The notes under the pieces were generated by a model, which saw only the letters and a program-made list of their open reading frames with translations, did no database searches and was not told where the DNA came from. A DNA stretch of 63,997 nt, filler included, from Basidiobolus ranarum (Eukaryota): assembly GCA_040143965.1 (NCBI GenBank). It is 11 parts of 11 records of this genome, joined end to end, with 100 filler letters (N's around TTAATTAATTAA, not from the genome) between each part and the next. Parts side by side here need not be neighbours in the genome. Positions count along the whole stretch, not along the records: positions 41,229 to 47,001 come from JASJQH010008377.1; positions 47,102 to 52,873 come from JASJQH010008378.1; positions 52,974 to 58,744 come from JASJQH010008379.1; 8 more parts are not named here. One strand, written 5' to 3'. A program made the translations under genes and the position numbers. This document shows, one piece after another, positions 42,012-53,815 of this stretch. The first letter of the stretch is position 1; every line of letters begins with the position of its first letter.

Positions 42012-43077
42012 ATGGCTCAACAAGCTGCTAACTTTCTGAAAGGCAATGGTAAATCCATGTTTACCGGTGTCGGTGCTCTAATTACCTTAGGTACTTTAGG
42101 CTATGGTGTCAATTCTGCTTTGTTCAACGGTATGTCTTCTTTCTCGAAATCCCTAGTTCTTTGTATGTCTGTATTCTAACCAGTGAGCTACAATAGTTGA
42201 TGGTGGTCATAGAGCTGTCAAATACTCTAGAATTTTCGGTGTTCAAAAGGAGATTTACCAAGAAGGTACTCATATTGTCATTCCTTGGCTTGAGACTCCT
42301 ATCATCTACGATGTTCGTGCCAAGCCCAGAAACATTGCCTCATTGACCGGAACCAAAGGTCAGTATCATTGTGACTGGTGTCTTATAAATATCCTACTCA
42401 CATTTTACTGTCAGATCTCCAAATGGTCAACATCACCGTTCGTGTTCTGTCGAAACCAAATGTTGATGCTCTTGATACCATTTACAAGACTCTTGGAACT
42501 GATTATGATGAGCGTGTTTTGCCTTCCATTGTTAACGAAGTCTTGAAGAGTGTTGTTGCTCAATTTAATGCTTCTCAACTTATTACACAGCGTGAGAGAG
42601 TTAGTAGACTTGTCCTTTATAATCTCCTCCGTCGTGCTCTTCGTTTCAATATCGTCTTGGATGATGTTTCCATTACTCATGTTGCTTTCTCTCCTGAGTT
42701 CTCTACTGCAGTTGAAGGTAAACAAATTGCGCAACAAGAGGCCCAAAGAGCTTTCTTCATTGTCGAGAGTGCCAAGCAAGAGAAGCAGTCCACCATCATT
42801 AAAGCTGAGGGAGAAGCCCGCTCTGCTGAGCTTATTGGTGAGGCTATTCGTAACAAGCCAGGTTTCATTGCTCTTAGAAAGATTGAAGCTGCTCGTGAAA
42901 TCGCCCACATTATTGCCAACTCTAACAACCGTGTTATGTTGGATGCTGATACTCTCTTGCTCAATGTTCAATCCAATATGTAAGTGGTTGATTTGTATTG
43001 ATGTCCTTTTTTCTTCATTTAACCTTATACCTTTTTGTAGTTCTCCCGCTACTACAGTCATTCCTGCCTCTCAGTAG
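42012..43077 (+). CDS. PHB2: Prohibitin 2, 4 exons
   Basis: MAQQAANF...[16 protein letters not shown]...[35 protein letters not shown]...[32 protein letters not shown]...[11 protein letters not shown]. Introns at ~42130-42196, 42359-42414 and 42980-43040 (last one tentative). Confidence 0.95.
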
Positions 43078-43449
43078 GTCGGTTGGTCGCATGTTTCCTT
43101 TCATTAACCCATTTACTGTTACACTCTTCATTCCAGCTTACACTGCATATCATTCTTGTCTTGCGGTGTTTTATACATATATTGTATTATCACCTCTTGG
43201 GTTTCGTCCACAGTAAAAGAGCAAAATAAAATAAACCGTTATCCCGCGAATTTGTTGCCTAATGTTATATCCAATCCAAGCTTTCTGTAAACAACATACT
43301 TTTCCAGGCATATTTTTGATGATTTTGCTAAAATTTCTCAGGTAAAAGTTAGTTGACATGGAATATCCAGATTTCATGACTATCAAACAGATTATAAATC
43401 CAGTTGGCTTTTTCAAGTTCATTAATCTTCGCAGAGTTATTTCTGACAT

Positions 43450-45132
43450 GAAGATTTACTAATAATGTTGAAAATATTCCCAATAATCAATATCAAGCAC
43501 ATGATGAGTGATGATAGGTAACCATGCTTATCTCCAGTTGTTGAAGCTATTTACCAGACGAATGTCCCACACTAAAAGACCATCTATTTCTCAGTTTGTT
43601 CATTTTCCGAGTGATGACAGTAAGTATTGGTGGGGTATATTCTAGAGGCCCTCCACATAGTTCATGTTACTAGGATTACTCACACCAGGGCTCTCAAAGC
43701 TGATGGCGATGGTATCACCTCGGACAACTAATACTTCATGCTCCAACTAGTAAGCTCTTTTAATAAATTGAGGCCATCAGACACCTTGGTGCAGCGGGTT
43801 TCATAAAAAACTACACGTTCATTCTAAGGGTCGAACATGCTAAAGATTGTTCTACCGTTGATAATTGTGTCAATTGGAGCTGTACTTGCAAATCTAAGAG
43901 AAATATATTGGTAAATCCAGACTTTCACAGTCAGTATTTAAAAATATCGAACTTTCTTGGGTGAATTTGTTGATGTGTACCAAGGTGTCTATTCTGGTGG
44001 CATTTTTCTTACTTCATTTCAGCTGTCCAAGCATGTGGTTTAGCATGAGACACCATGTCAAAGTAGTGGTTTTTGCATAACATACTGGTCCATTTCAGTC
44101 TAGTAATGGTTTCGTATTAATTTCGTTAAAAATACTCACCATCTCCACCTATTGGTCCAGTAGTGTGGTTTCCTACAATTACTGGAGTTGTAAAATGAAT
44201 GATTTCAGTTGAGATTACCTGTACGAAATGCGCTCGATGACATTACTTTCACAATCATCACTATGAACGAATCATGTTCTACCAAAGAGTTCGGAAATTG
44301 TCACGCATGGAAGCGGTGATAGGAAACCAATATCGTACTGTTTCTACATTTGAGTAACTGTAGGTGCTCATTGCCAACATACACCAGCCATGAACTTGTT
44401 GATTTACAATCTTCCTATGATCGCAATCCTGAATGTTCGTAAAAATAATCAAGTAACAGGTCAATGGGAGGGAATGTAACTTCTCCAGGAACACCTAGGG
44501 TTCATATCTATTTAGGATGACTCACCAAAGCCCACTTATCGCAAGATACATTCAAGCACTAGAGCCAAGTGTTTGATATTAAAGCAAGTGATGCAATTCT
44601 CCGCATTGATTTTCAACTGATGTGTCATTCCTACCAGCCCTTTGGAGATGATCCTAGATGCTGGTTGCTCAGTACACAAGTGACAATAGCTTGGTTTAGT
44701 TTGAAGGAATATCTGCTTGGCCATATGCTTGATATTGTGTAGTTCGTTATCAAGTTCAATACGATACGAGTAGAACACAGAATATATCCCCTTGAAAATG
44801 ACCATTGTAACATTATAAATAGGCATGTTAGTGAAGTAGGAACCAATACAACTCATTCCAATTTCTCCATCGGAAAAAATACCAGCTGGAGACCTCTCCC
44901 CCATTAAACTTCTAATCGGAATCATGCCAATTAACGATTTGTTTCTAAGCATCGTCGATGCTTTCCCTAATAGGATGTCCACCATATTGATGCCATCATA
45001 CCACCCGCTAGTGCCAGACTTGAGTGAACTAATCACTGATATTGGCCTCAATTTCCACTGAACGTAATCGTTGATATCAGCTCCAATCTCCACTGAATGG
45101 CCTGAAATTAAATGTTCGTTGTTTTGAGTCAT
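43450..45132 (-). pseudogene. Decayed gene remnant of uncertain identity
   Basis: 198-aa open stretch with weak ankyrin-like words (GADIN, MVDILL), then broken frames including a GHSSG (GxSxG-like) motif near 43560. Confidence 0.25.
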
Positions 45133-45346
45133 AAAAATAATTCTATCACGGCCAATCCCTATGTTTCTCGATAAGGGCCCAAACGCCTCTGATGATGCTG
45201 ATCCTCTGGAGAGCTGGTAACCTCAGATAGCTTTGATTCGTTTACTGTCGTTGAGTGATTAAATTAGCAACATTGCCAACTATAAAGAACCAGGTTGGTT
45301 CCTCCTGAATTCATCATTCATTAAACTCACAAAGGGTCCATTGAAT

Positions 45347-45850
45347 ATGTTCTCAGCATCTCCATCTCAAACAAACAACAGTGAGGGGAATTCACCCAGT
45401 GACAATAGTAACCCCATCACCCAAATCATACATCATACCGAGGAGTCACTTTCTGCAGTTTCATCGGACAAATGTCCACGAGACTCTCAAGAAGTATTGT
45501 CAGAACCACACAACGATCAATCAAAAAATCCTCAAAGTTGCCCTGAAGGAACTAGTCAAAAAGATTCGTATGATCCAGTACAGTTTACAACCATCAGAAG
45601 TAAACGTTCACGCCAGGATTATGACCAATCGAATGATATCTCCGAACAATATCCATACAAACAAGTTGATATGCTTGCCATTGACAATCAGATATTGAAG
45701 TCACACCATCCTGCACCCATGAACGCCAACGTAGAGCATAGCTTTGCACTTTCATTGTCAATTAGTCATAAAGTCATAGGAAGAAACCGCTCAAGACAAA
45801 GCAGTCAAAAGCGTATTTTTGGCTCTTTATTGCAACGCTTGAGAGCCTAA
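45347..45850 (+). CDS. Hypothetical low-complexity Ser/Gln-rich protein (167 aa)
   Basis: Open frame from ATG at 45347 with TATAAAG ~65 bp upstream; no recognisable domain. Confidence 0.45.
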   Translation: MFSASPSQTNNSEGNSPSDNSNPITQIIHHTEESLSAVSSDKCPRDSQEVLSEPHNDQSKNPQSCPEGTSQKDSYDPVQFTTIRSKRSRQDYDQSNDISEQYPYKQVDMLAIDNQILKSHHPAPMNANVEHSFALSLSISHKVIGRNRSRQSSQKRIFGSLLQRLRA

Positions 45851-46545
45851 ATGCGCAAACACCTCTTATACATAGGAAGTTGTTGCAGTGCCATGTATAT
45901 ATATACACTTTCCTCTTTGTAAAATCAAATCCTTAGATAAAACTGTGTTACATATCAATAGCGTATCTGATTTACGAAAATTCTTTCTGCGATTCATCAT
46001 CATGACTACAAAATTTTTAGTCAGTTCCTTAATTTTATTACGCAACGCGGTAATTCTTAAGCCAATAACTACGCTTAGAGGTTTTGTAAACATTTGTAGA
46101 TATGGTTGTATGATTCATATACACACAGAAACAAGTTTGCTAATGCTACCGTTGAAAACACCAAGATCTTAAGAAGCCATGGTAAATACTAGTGCGCTTG
46201 ACTGCATAATCCGTGCTTCATGGGCAGTCATAGGTTGCATACCGTAAACAATACGACTTGTATTAAGCTCACACCTGACAGGTCATTTTTGTTTGCAAAG
46301 ACCTAAGATACCATAAATGGAAGAATACATCTCTGTAACTCACCATGCTCTCTTCCAGGTTAGAGGGTATCAAACGGTTCAGTTAAGTGGAATCAAAAGA
46401 CGGTACCGTAATTTTGTTGGCAGTAGTAGCAGTAGGGTTAGGGTTAGTATTGAGAATCACTTACTGTGATCAATCTTGTAAAGGAGTAAAAAGTAGAATG
46501 GGATTGTTATGGAATCCATCTACCTACATATCCATCCATACCTGT

Positions 46546-46625
46546 AAGAATCTTTAAATTCGCTCGCCAGAGCGAGGAACAACCACATTCTAGGTGGCGC
46601 GTTGTCCTGTTGGACAAGAGAAGAT
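46546..46625 (-). ncRNA. Candidate Fanzor omega-RNA scaffold
   Basis: Minus-strand hairpins TTGTCC-AACA-GGACAA, GCCAC-CTAGAAT-GTGGT and TCGCTC-TGGC-GAGCGA. Loop AGAAT (46591-46587) is complementary to ATTCT (46551-46547). Overlaps the 3' end of the Fanzor ORF; boundaries are inferred. Confidence 0.6.
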
Positions 46626-47001
46626 ATCGGGTCGTTCATTCCCGGACCAGTTGGGTTGAAATGAACATCATATTTTTAGCCGCAAGCACGTCTCGATTTC
46701 AAAATATATTACAATCGTTGCAGATCAATATATTGTAAAAGGTACGTTCTTGGACTCTATGGTATCTTAAATTTCTTTGATGGCATTCACAGCAAACCTA
46801 ATTAAAAGAAAAATTTAGACACTTAAAGTTACATAAAACTTGCAAAGATACCTACGGACGATGTCCTGAACTCATTAATGTCCAGTAGTAATAGTTCCCC
46901 TTGTTTTTCACGCTTTTTGAGATTTTTGTAAATCAGCTCGGAAGCTCCTCCTCTTCTTCCTCTAAACCTCGCGTAGGTACTTCCTCTCAGACCATCCCCG
47001 A
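46554..47001 (-). pseudogene. Fanzor1 (eukaryotic TnpB-family RNA-guided nuclease) 3' end, with one intron; disrupted copy, 5' part lost at the gap
   Basis: Exon 46999-46856: GDGLRGSTYARFRGRRGGASELIYKNLKKREKQGELLLLDINEFRTSS. Intron 46855-46798 (GTAGGT...TTAG). Exon from 46797: VCCECHQRNLRYHRVQERTFYNILICNDCNIF*NRDVLAAKNM, i.e. RuvC-II Glu, a CxxC/CxxC zinc finger and RuvC-III (W)NRD..AA.N. After a frameshift near 46650: WSGNERPDIF. Confidence 0.88.
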
Positions 47002-47101
47002 NNNNNNNNNNNNNNNNNNNNNNNNNNNNNNNNNNNNNNNNNNNNTTAATTAATTAANNNNNNNNNNNNNNNNNNNNNNNNNNNNNNNNNNNNNNNNNNN
47101 N

Positions 47102-47652
47102 AAGGGTAGCTTCTGGTGGTCCCTTTGGCTCTATTTCTTCTCCTGCAACAAATCCCCAAAGGTTCTTGTCTTCTAGCACCATTTGCATCTTGAACTTCCA
47201 AAGGTGAAAGTCTTCAACATCAAACTTCACAGTGGATGCAAACACTTTGGTAATAGTACTGGTAGATATTCCTCCAACAGCTAGCTTGGGGTTCACAAAG
47301 TGATAGAAGTGTTGAGGGGACTTGAAAGTATTTTGGACAAAATTTGGATTTGTGAATTGGACTCTGAAGTTTTATTGAATTGAATCTGTCCTGTTTATAG
47401 TTAACTATGAAATAAGACTCTTGGTTGTGCTTAGATCATAACAAATATGCCTGCTAAGTGTGGGTGGAAATTTGAGATGATTTGCAGAAATTTTGCAAAA
47501 ATAGTGAAAAATGGTAAAAGTGATCTAATTGGTATTTCTATCAATTTGTGCAATAAACATACATTTTTGAGTGACAGAATTGTGTGCTAAATAATCATAA
47601 TATGAATAAACCATCTACTAAATAATCAGTTGCTATTTACCTAATTTCAACA
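47102..47652 (-). mobile_element. Ty1/copia 5' LTR (47301-47652, family A) plus start of gag
   Basis: 352-bp LTR, TGTTG...TATCA; gag VKFDVEDFHLWKFKMQMVLEDKNLWGFV. Confidence 0.92.
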
Positions 47653-48353
47653 CTTTCCACTACAGAAGCGGAGTATATGGCTGCATCTGCTATGACACAA
47701 GAAGCAATTTGGTCAAGGAAGTTATTTACAGACTCAGAATACATCAAGGAATGTGCAATTACTGTATTTGAAGATAATTAAAGTTGTATTGCACTTGCTA
47801 AGAACCCAACATTGCATGCTAGAACAGAGCATATAGATAATAGGCAATGTTTTGTTAGAGAAGCAATAGAATTGATAACATTGAACTTGTCTATTGCCCT
47901 ACTGAAGCAATGATTGCTGACATCCTAACCAAGCCTTTAGCTAAGGCACAATTTGAATTATTAAGATATAAGTTAGGTTTAAGAGATATGCAAAATAATT
48001 AGTTAGGTGGGAATGTTGAAATCAGGCAAATAGCAACTCATTATTTAGTAGTTAGTTTATTCATATTCTGACTATTTAGTAATCAATTCTGTCATTCAAA
48101 AACATGTGTTTATTGCTCTGATTGATAGAAAAATCAAATAGATCACTTTTGCCAATTTTCACTATTTTCTCAAAGCTTCTCCAAATCAGCTCAACTTTTA
48201 CCCATGCTTAACAGGCATGTTTGCTATGATCTAAGCATGTCCAAAGGTCCTATCTCATAGTAAACTTAAAATAGGACATATTCAAATCTATAAAACCTGA
48301 GTGTCTAGTTCACAAATCTAAATCTTCTCCAAAACCCCTAAACACTTTTATCA
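47653..48353 (+). mobile_element. Ty1/copia RNase H, PPT and 3' LTR (48014-48353)
   Basis: LSTTEAEYMAA, FEDN*SCIALAKNP, HARTEHID and MIADILTKPL; PPT AGGTGGGAA; LTR TGTTG...TATCA. Confidence 0.93.
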
Positions 48354-49763
48354 AGTGAGATATTTTTCTCAGGCCTGCATAGGTCATAGTGAATCAGGGC
48401 AAAATATGGAGTTGATATGATCTCTGCAGAGCTTGAAAAGGCTGTCTGTGAAGTTTTTCATATATGCAACCTTTACACAGATCTAATTAAATGATATTTC
48501 CAACTTGTAAGCCAATAAGATGCTGCTTTTGGATCACTTGAGTCAATTTGTGTTCCCCCACATGCCCTAATCTTCTATGCCACATTTTACAGCTTATTTT
48601 GCCATTTTGTCTAATTTTGCATGCTCAGAATGCAATTTGTAGATTACTAAATGTTATAAGTTGTGAGATTTGTTCTAGCAGCTTATTTGAAACATATTTA
48701 TCTGTGATAATACATCCAGCCTTGTTGTACACAAAATTTAGTCCTTGAGTTGTTGCTTGGCTTACTGAGAGTAGATTCTAGGTTATATTTGGTACATATA
48801 GTACATGATCCATTTTTGCTGATGGTGTAGCCAAATGTTGGTCCAAATTGGGCACAACTGTGCTGTTGCTAACTGCATCTAGTGCACGGTCTCTACCTAA
48901 GTAGACATTCCTTGTTTCAATGGGTTTTAAGCTGGAAAACCAATCTTTCTTGTTAGACATATACTAGGAAGCTCCTGAATCAATGTACCAGGTTTCAGAG
49001 TTTTTTTCAGTTGTTACTGATAGAGCAGACATTAAGAGATGATCCCTATCAGTGCTTGCTTGATTTGCTTGTTGCAATTTTAGCTTTTTGGCAAAAACCC
49101 TTTTCCTGCAGTCCTTGAATGAATGGCCTGGTTTCTTGCACTACAGTGGATGACCTTTAGTCTCATACAGTCCCTCAAGTATTTTCTGTGCACTTTGGAT
49201 GTTTTGGCTGACTCTATGTGTCTCAATTGAGAGTCTCTGAGTTGTGGACAAAGTGTGGAGAGTGCTTTTCTATGATTTTTGTTTATGACCAGGATAGCTT
49301 CTGGTGGTCCCTTTAGCCCTATTTCTTCTCCTGTAACCAATCCCCAAAGGTGCTTGCCTTCTAGCACTATTTGCATCTGAAATTCCAAAGGTGAATGTCA
49401 TCAGTGTTTGGTAATAAATGTGTTCAGGGGACTTGGATATGTTTTAGGCAAGATTTAAATTTGTAAATTAGACACTGTGGTTTTATTGAAATAAATATGT
49501 CCTATTTGTTGCTTACTATGAAAAAGGATGGTTGGAAATGCTTAGAACAACACAAACATGCATATTAAGCATAAGTGAAAGTTTGAGATGATTTAGAGAA
49601 GTTTTGAGAAAATAGTGAAGATTGGTAGTGGTGATCTAATTGGTCTTACAATCTGTTGGAGCAATTAATAGATATTTTTGAATATCACAATTGAGTGCTA
49701 AATAATTGGAGTATGAATTAGTTAACTACTAAATAATGAGTTGCCATTTAGCTAACTTCTACA
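48354..49763 (-). mobile_element. Ty1/copia gag-pol remnant with 5' LTR (49412-49763)
   Basis: gag MQIVLEGKHLWGLVTGEE; protease WYIDSGAS; WHRRLGH; HYDLC. The 352-bp LTR belongs to family A. Confidence 0.9.
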
Positions 49764-52700
49764 GCATGGATGTTATATATTAAATTGCATCAACAAAGTT
49801 AAGCATAGTTTAGTCGGAATGAATATATTAAATATACTTATTAAAATGACTTGATAAAGTCAAACATGATAGGTATATGTAGTAGCTACATCTCATGTCA
49901 AAACAGATTCTTCTTGATTCACAACCTATTGTAGTACAGGAAACCACAACTTCCAAGATTTTGCATACACAGTCAAATTGAGATGCAGGTGGTGCAAATC
50001 TGCATGTGCCAAATGATTTTGCAGATGCCCAGATATCCACTATAAGTTTCAGCTTTGATATATGGGAGTCCTTGATAAACATGATGGAAGCTGGAGAAGG
50101 GGGCTTTAGACAAAAGTGAAAGCCACTTTTCACTCTGCTTTGGAGAGAATACAATATCTTCAAGCCTTGAGGAGTATGCAGAAATATACATTACAACACA
50201 TGAGGACAGAGAGCATGAGTAGAGAAATATATATTTCAATTTTGAGTCTGCAAAGTCACAATTCCAGTCTTGTTTTTGCCTACTGTGACAGGAAGCAAAC
50301 ATTGTGGCCTCAACTTTAGAGACAAAAGATCTTCTAAACAGATATCTACCCTCCTCAATGAGACTTTACAGCTACTGTTGATGGAGATTGAAGAGTTCAA
50401 AACAGTATTTCAGGACACTGTGGCAAAAGTAATCAACAGAGGTTTAAAGAGAAAGCAAGACAATTAGTGAATCAGAAGAGATTCCTAAAGGCCAATTGGA
50501 GCAATCCAGACTGTTGCACAGATAAGCTAGATCACTTCAGAGCAAAGAGACTCCCAACAAGGTATCTATTTCACAGGATGAGTCAACACATCTGATCACT
50601 GGAATTGAGGTAACTCCTCCAACAACTGCAAGAGCCCAGCAAGTTGGTTCATCAGCTAGTAGTACACATCAACTGCAATGCCAGCTTGGGAGAGTCCGTC
50701 ATGATTGTCCAAACTTTGATGAAGAGCAAGTGGTCTATGAGGAACCACAAAGAGGGTGGCCCACATTTTCACACATTATTGTGTGTGACTTACTTGACAC
50801 AACTACACCAACCAGTGAGCTTGTTACATCTGGAGTAGAGTCAGCTCCAAGGAGAATGCCACCAGACTGATATACTGGTTTAATGCATACTACCATGCAA
50901 TGGCAACAAAGAACAATTGCAAGAATAATTCAATCTACCACTTTGTTGGATGAGGATCTGACACCCAAAAGCAAACTACTAAGACAGCAATCCATTACAA
51001 TGCTTATCCTCACAAGACCAAGACAAAGGGTGTTTGAGAGAGACAGTGAAGCTCTTACTGAGCTTAAAGAAGCCACAATAGTCAAACACAATTGACAAGG
51101 TAGGCAATTTGTTCCAACACATTTGATCATGTGACAGAGGTCACAGCCGGTCAAATGCATATTTAAATAATGTGATTGAAATTGCTTATGCCAGAGAGTG
51201 ATGGAGAGTGCCAATTTGTGCCACATCAATTTTAGAACACATTATTCAATATGATATGTATAGCATATTCTGGCACTGTCACAGCAAACAAGTCCAAGAA
51301 CTGGCAAGTGCAAACCTCAAGTGAGACATTCTAAGTAGATACATAGAACTGCACACCAGCAGCAATGGCTGGTTGAACTGTCAAGTTCAGGCTCCACATA
51401 TGAAGAAGATACTGTAAATATAAACAAACTGCCAGCTAGACCAGACAACCCCATGCTTACCACAGCACATCAACCTCAAGCCTCAACTCATGCTGGCCAA
51501 GATAGAGGAATTTCAGCAGGGTCAAACTAACCAACCCAGTGCAGAGGTTCAAGCCAATTCCTTAGGTGGAATTATCAAGAAGACAACAAAAATAAATGAA
51601 GCAATTCATTGTTTACCACTTCAAACCTGGGCAACGGTCAAACATTCTTGTTAATATGTACATTATCCTATCTTGACTGTTTAGCACATGATGCTTAATC
51701 AAAGTGGAGTTTAGTCAAAAAAAGCATAAATCACTTTAGTTAGATCACAATTGCTTACGTATTGATGATACACTGATGGCATATAATCAATGTATATCAA
51801 AATTATCAATGATAGCACATCAATACAAGCAATATCTCTATAAATAAATGAAAAATATGTGTCAATAAAAATGTATTCACTCTCATTGGCTTTATATGGC
51901 ACAATCCACTCACACTCTCACCCAAATAGAAGCCTACATGATTGAACAAATAATTTGCAGATCTAAAATGAGGAATCAAGCAATCCTGATCAACACTATC
52001 ATACTCCAGATTGATCCAGTATCAAGTGCTACAATTTGCCACTAGTTTGCCAAAACTACTGGTGTCTCATAATTCAGGAGCTGCTGAGCTCATTTGAAAA
52101 TCAGGATATTGTATGATTGAGAGACATAAGAATGGCCTAAAAACATATGAATGACTTAGTTCTACATTTGATTAGGTAGGTTATTACATATATTGCTTAT
52201 TGTCACACATTGAATGATTGGTAAGTTACAGACTAGGGGACAAACTTGCATTGTGAGTTACCCAAAATCCTAATTTGGCATTACTCAATTGGTAACTTGA
52301 TACAAGATGGCACAATATCTGCAAAAAAAATCATTGTGTCCAATTGAGGTGGGATGGTGCCATATTGTTTCATATAGTTTCCAATCAAGTTTTATTGGAC
52401 CTAGCCATGGTAACTGAAAGATTGTGCCAGATAGTGTGTTAGCAGGCTGGATTGGGTGGCACAGTGTGATTGGGTCCAATAAAACATGTCTAATGCTCTA
52501 AAATACTTCAATACCCATATTTTAGTTAATATCAAACCCAGGTTGGTATCAACATCTCCACCAAAGCTTTTCATTGTATTAATATTGCCAAATCATAATT
52601 CTGACCGCTCTCTGGCAAATATTCTGCAATATTGTGCCACTTCTTATTGAGCTCTTCATAGAGATCTAGTCATTCAATACCAGATTGAATATGAAGTTGA

Positions 52701-52973
52701 ATATACTTTGTATGAAGGCACTTTCTACATACTTGGGCTCCATTGTCTCTTAATACTTTTCAAAATGCTCTTTATACATTTTTACAAATTTTTACATCCT
52801 TGTAGGGAGACATAACCCTTTGTGCTTCATGGTTTAGGAGTAGCTTTTTGCTTGCCTTTAAGTTTAGGGCTAANNNNNNNNNNNNNNNNNNNNNNNNNNN
52901 NNNNNNNNNNNNNNNNNTTAATTAATTAANNNNNNNNNNNNNNNNNNNNNNNNNNNNNNNNNNNNNNNNNNNN

Positions 52974-53420
52974 AATCCACTGATTAAGAAGTGGCTAGCC
53001 ACATCTTCTTCAAATGCATTATCATGCTGGAAATTGATACAAGATGATCCTTTGGTTTCTGAGTTAGCTTTGCAGCTGCATGAAACAAAACAGCCTAAAA
53101 TTGTTGCTATAGATTTCCAGCTAGACCTTTGGAAGCAATACCTTGTCTCCAAGACACCTTTCTTAATTCCCATTATTCCAGGTTTTTGTCCTATTATCTA
53201 TCTGGTTTGTACTGATTACCTTCCTTTCTGCTTACCACCTTTGCCCCTTAACACTATATTTACATCCTCTGAGCTTAATTACATTGGTCATCAGGTTAAG
53301 TATGGATATGATCCAGTATTGTCACAATATCTTAAAAGATTGATGTCTTGATTGACACTTTGTTTAGATTAGTATTTAAGCTATATAAAGTCCACACCAT
53401 CTGGTGCTTTTCATCCCCCC
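52974..53420 (+). mobile_element. LINE-like element 3' end (copy 1)
   Basis: Closely matching direct repeat of 54526-54972; both end TTTTCATCCCCCC. Confidence 0.85.
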
Positions 53421-53426
53421 TAACAT

Positions 53427-53815
53427 TGGGCTAATAGCCTATTGGGAGAACATGGGCTGTTTGGAGGAACTTTAGAAAGTGGAGTTGTGAATAGCTTTGT
53501 GAGATAATTATTTATTGTCCAGAAATGAAGCATTCATACATTTTGGGGGAAATTCAGAAAACTAACACTGGGGTTGTGTTCAGAACATCTGTGGGAGTAA
53601 AATGAGCAAATTTGGGGTAATTTGGATGAGTTTGAAATTTGCAATATGGAAATGCTAATTCTCACATTATTCATATATATATATAATATATGTACAAACT
53701 TGCAGTTAAGTAATATTTGACTAAGTGATCTTAACTAACTTATATGTGATATATGAAATAGTTAGATATATAACAATAGAGATAATATATGTGATCAAGG
53801 CAATAAACTTCAACA
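53427..53815 (-). mobile_element. Copia-type 5' LTR (53440-53815) with PBS-like GGCTATTAGCCCA
   Basis: Minus strand begins TGTTGAAG at 53815 and ends CCCAATA, followed by a GGTTATGAGCCCA-like motif. It truncates the adjacent LINE RT. Confidence 0.6.

Noticed and set aside
42411-43061. 216-aa antisense ORF over PHB2, and similar antisense ORFs over PGI and the HAMP array
   Set aside because: These are shadow ORFs produced by the codon bias of the sense genes.
46250-46450. Telomerase-RNA idea: minus-strand CTAACCCTAACCC with GCAAACAAAAATG downstream
   Set aside because: I could not build a convincing pseudoknot; the same telomeric word occurs twice elsewhere, and the nearby hairpins are better explained by the Fanzor.
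46625-46672. SECIS-like ATGA…AA…GA hairpin on the minus strand, with nearby in-frame TGA codons
   Set aside because: The spacing and quartet are non-canonical, the sequence is Fanzor coding region, and the TGA at 46701-46699 replaces a conserved Trp and is accompanied by a frameshift.
46534-46690. U1-like start (ATCCATACCTG) and Sm-like ATTTTTAG on the plus strand
   Set aside because: The U1-70K and U1A loop motifs are absent.
49800-52480. Short ORFs in CpG-depleted DNA (also 2300-3100, 8700-10650, 16300-17450, 39200-41128)
   Set aside because: Probably decayed TE sequence, but I recognised no diagnostic motif, so they were not annotated.
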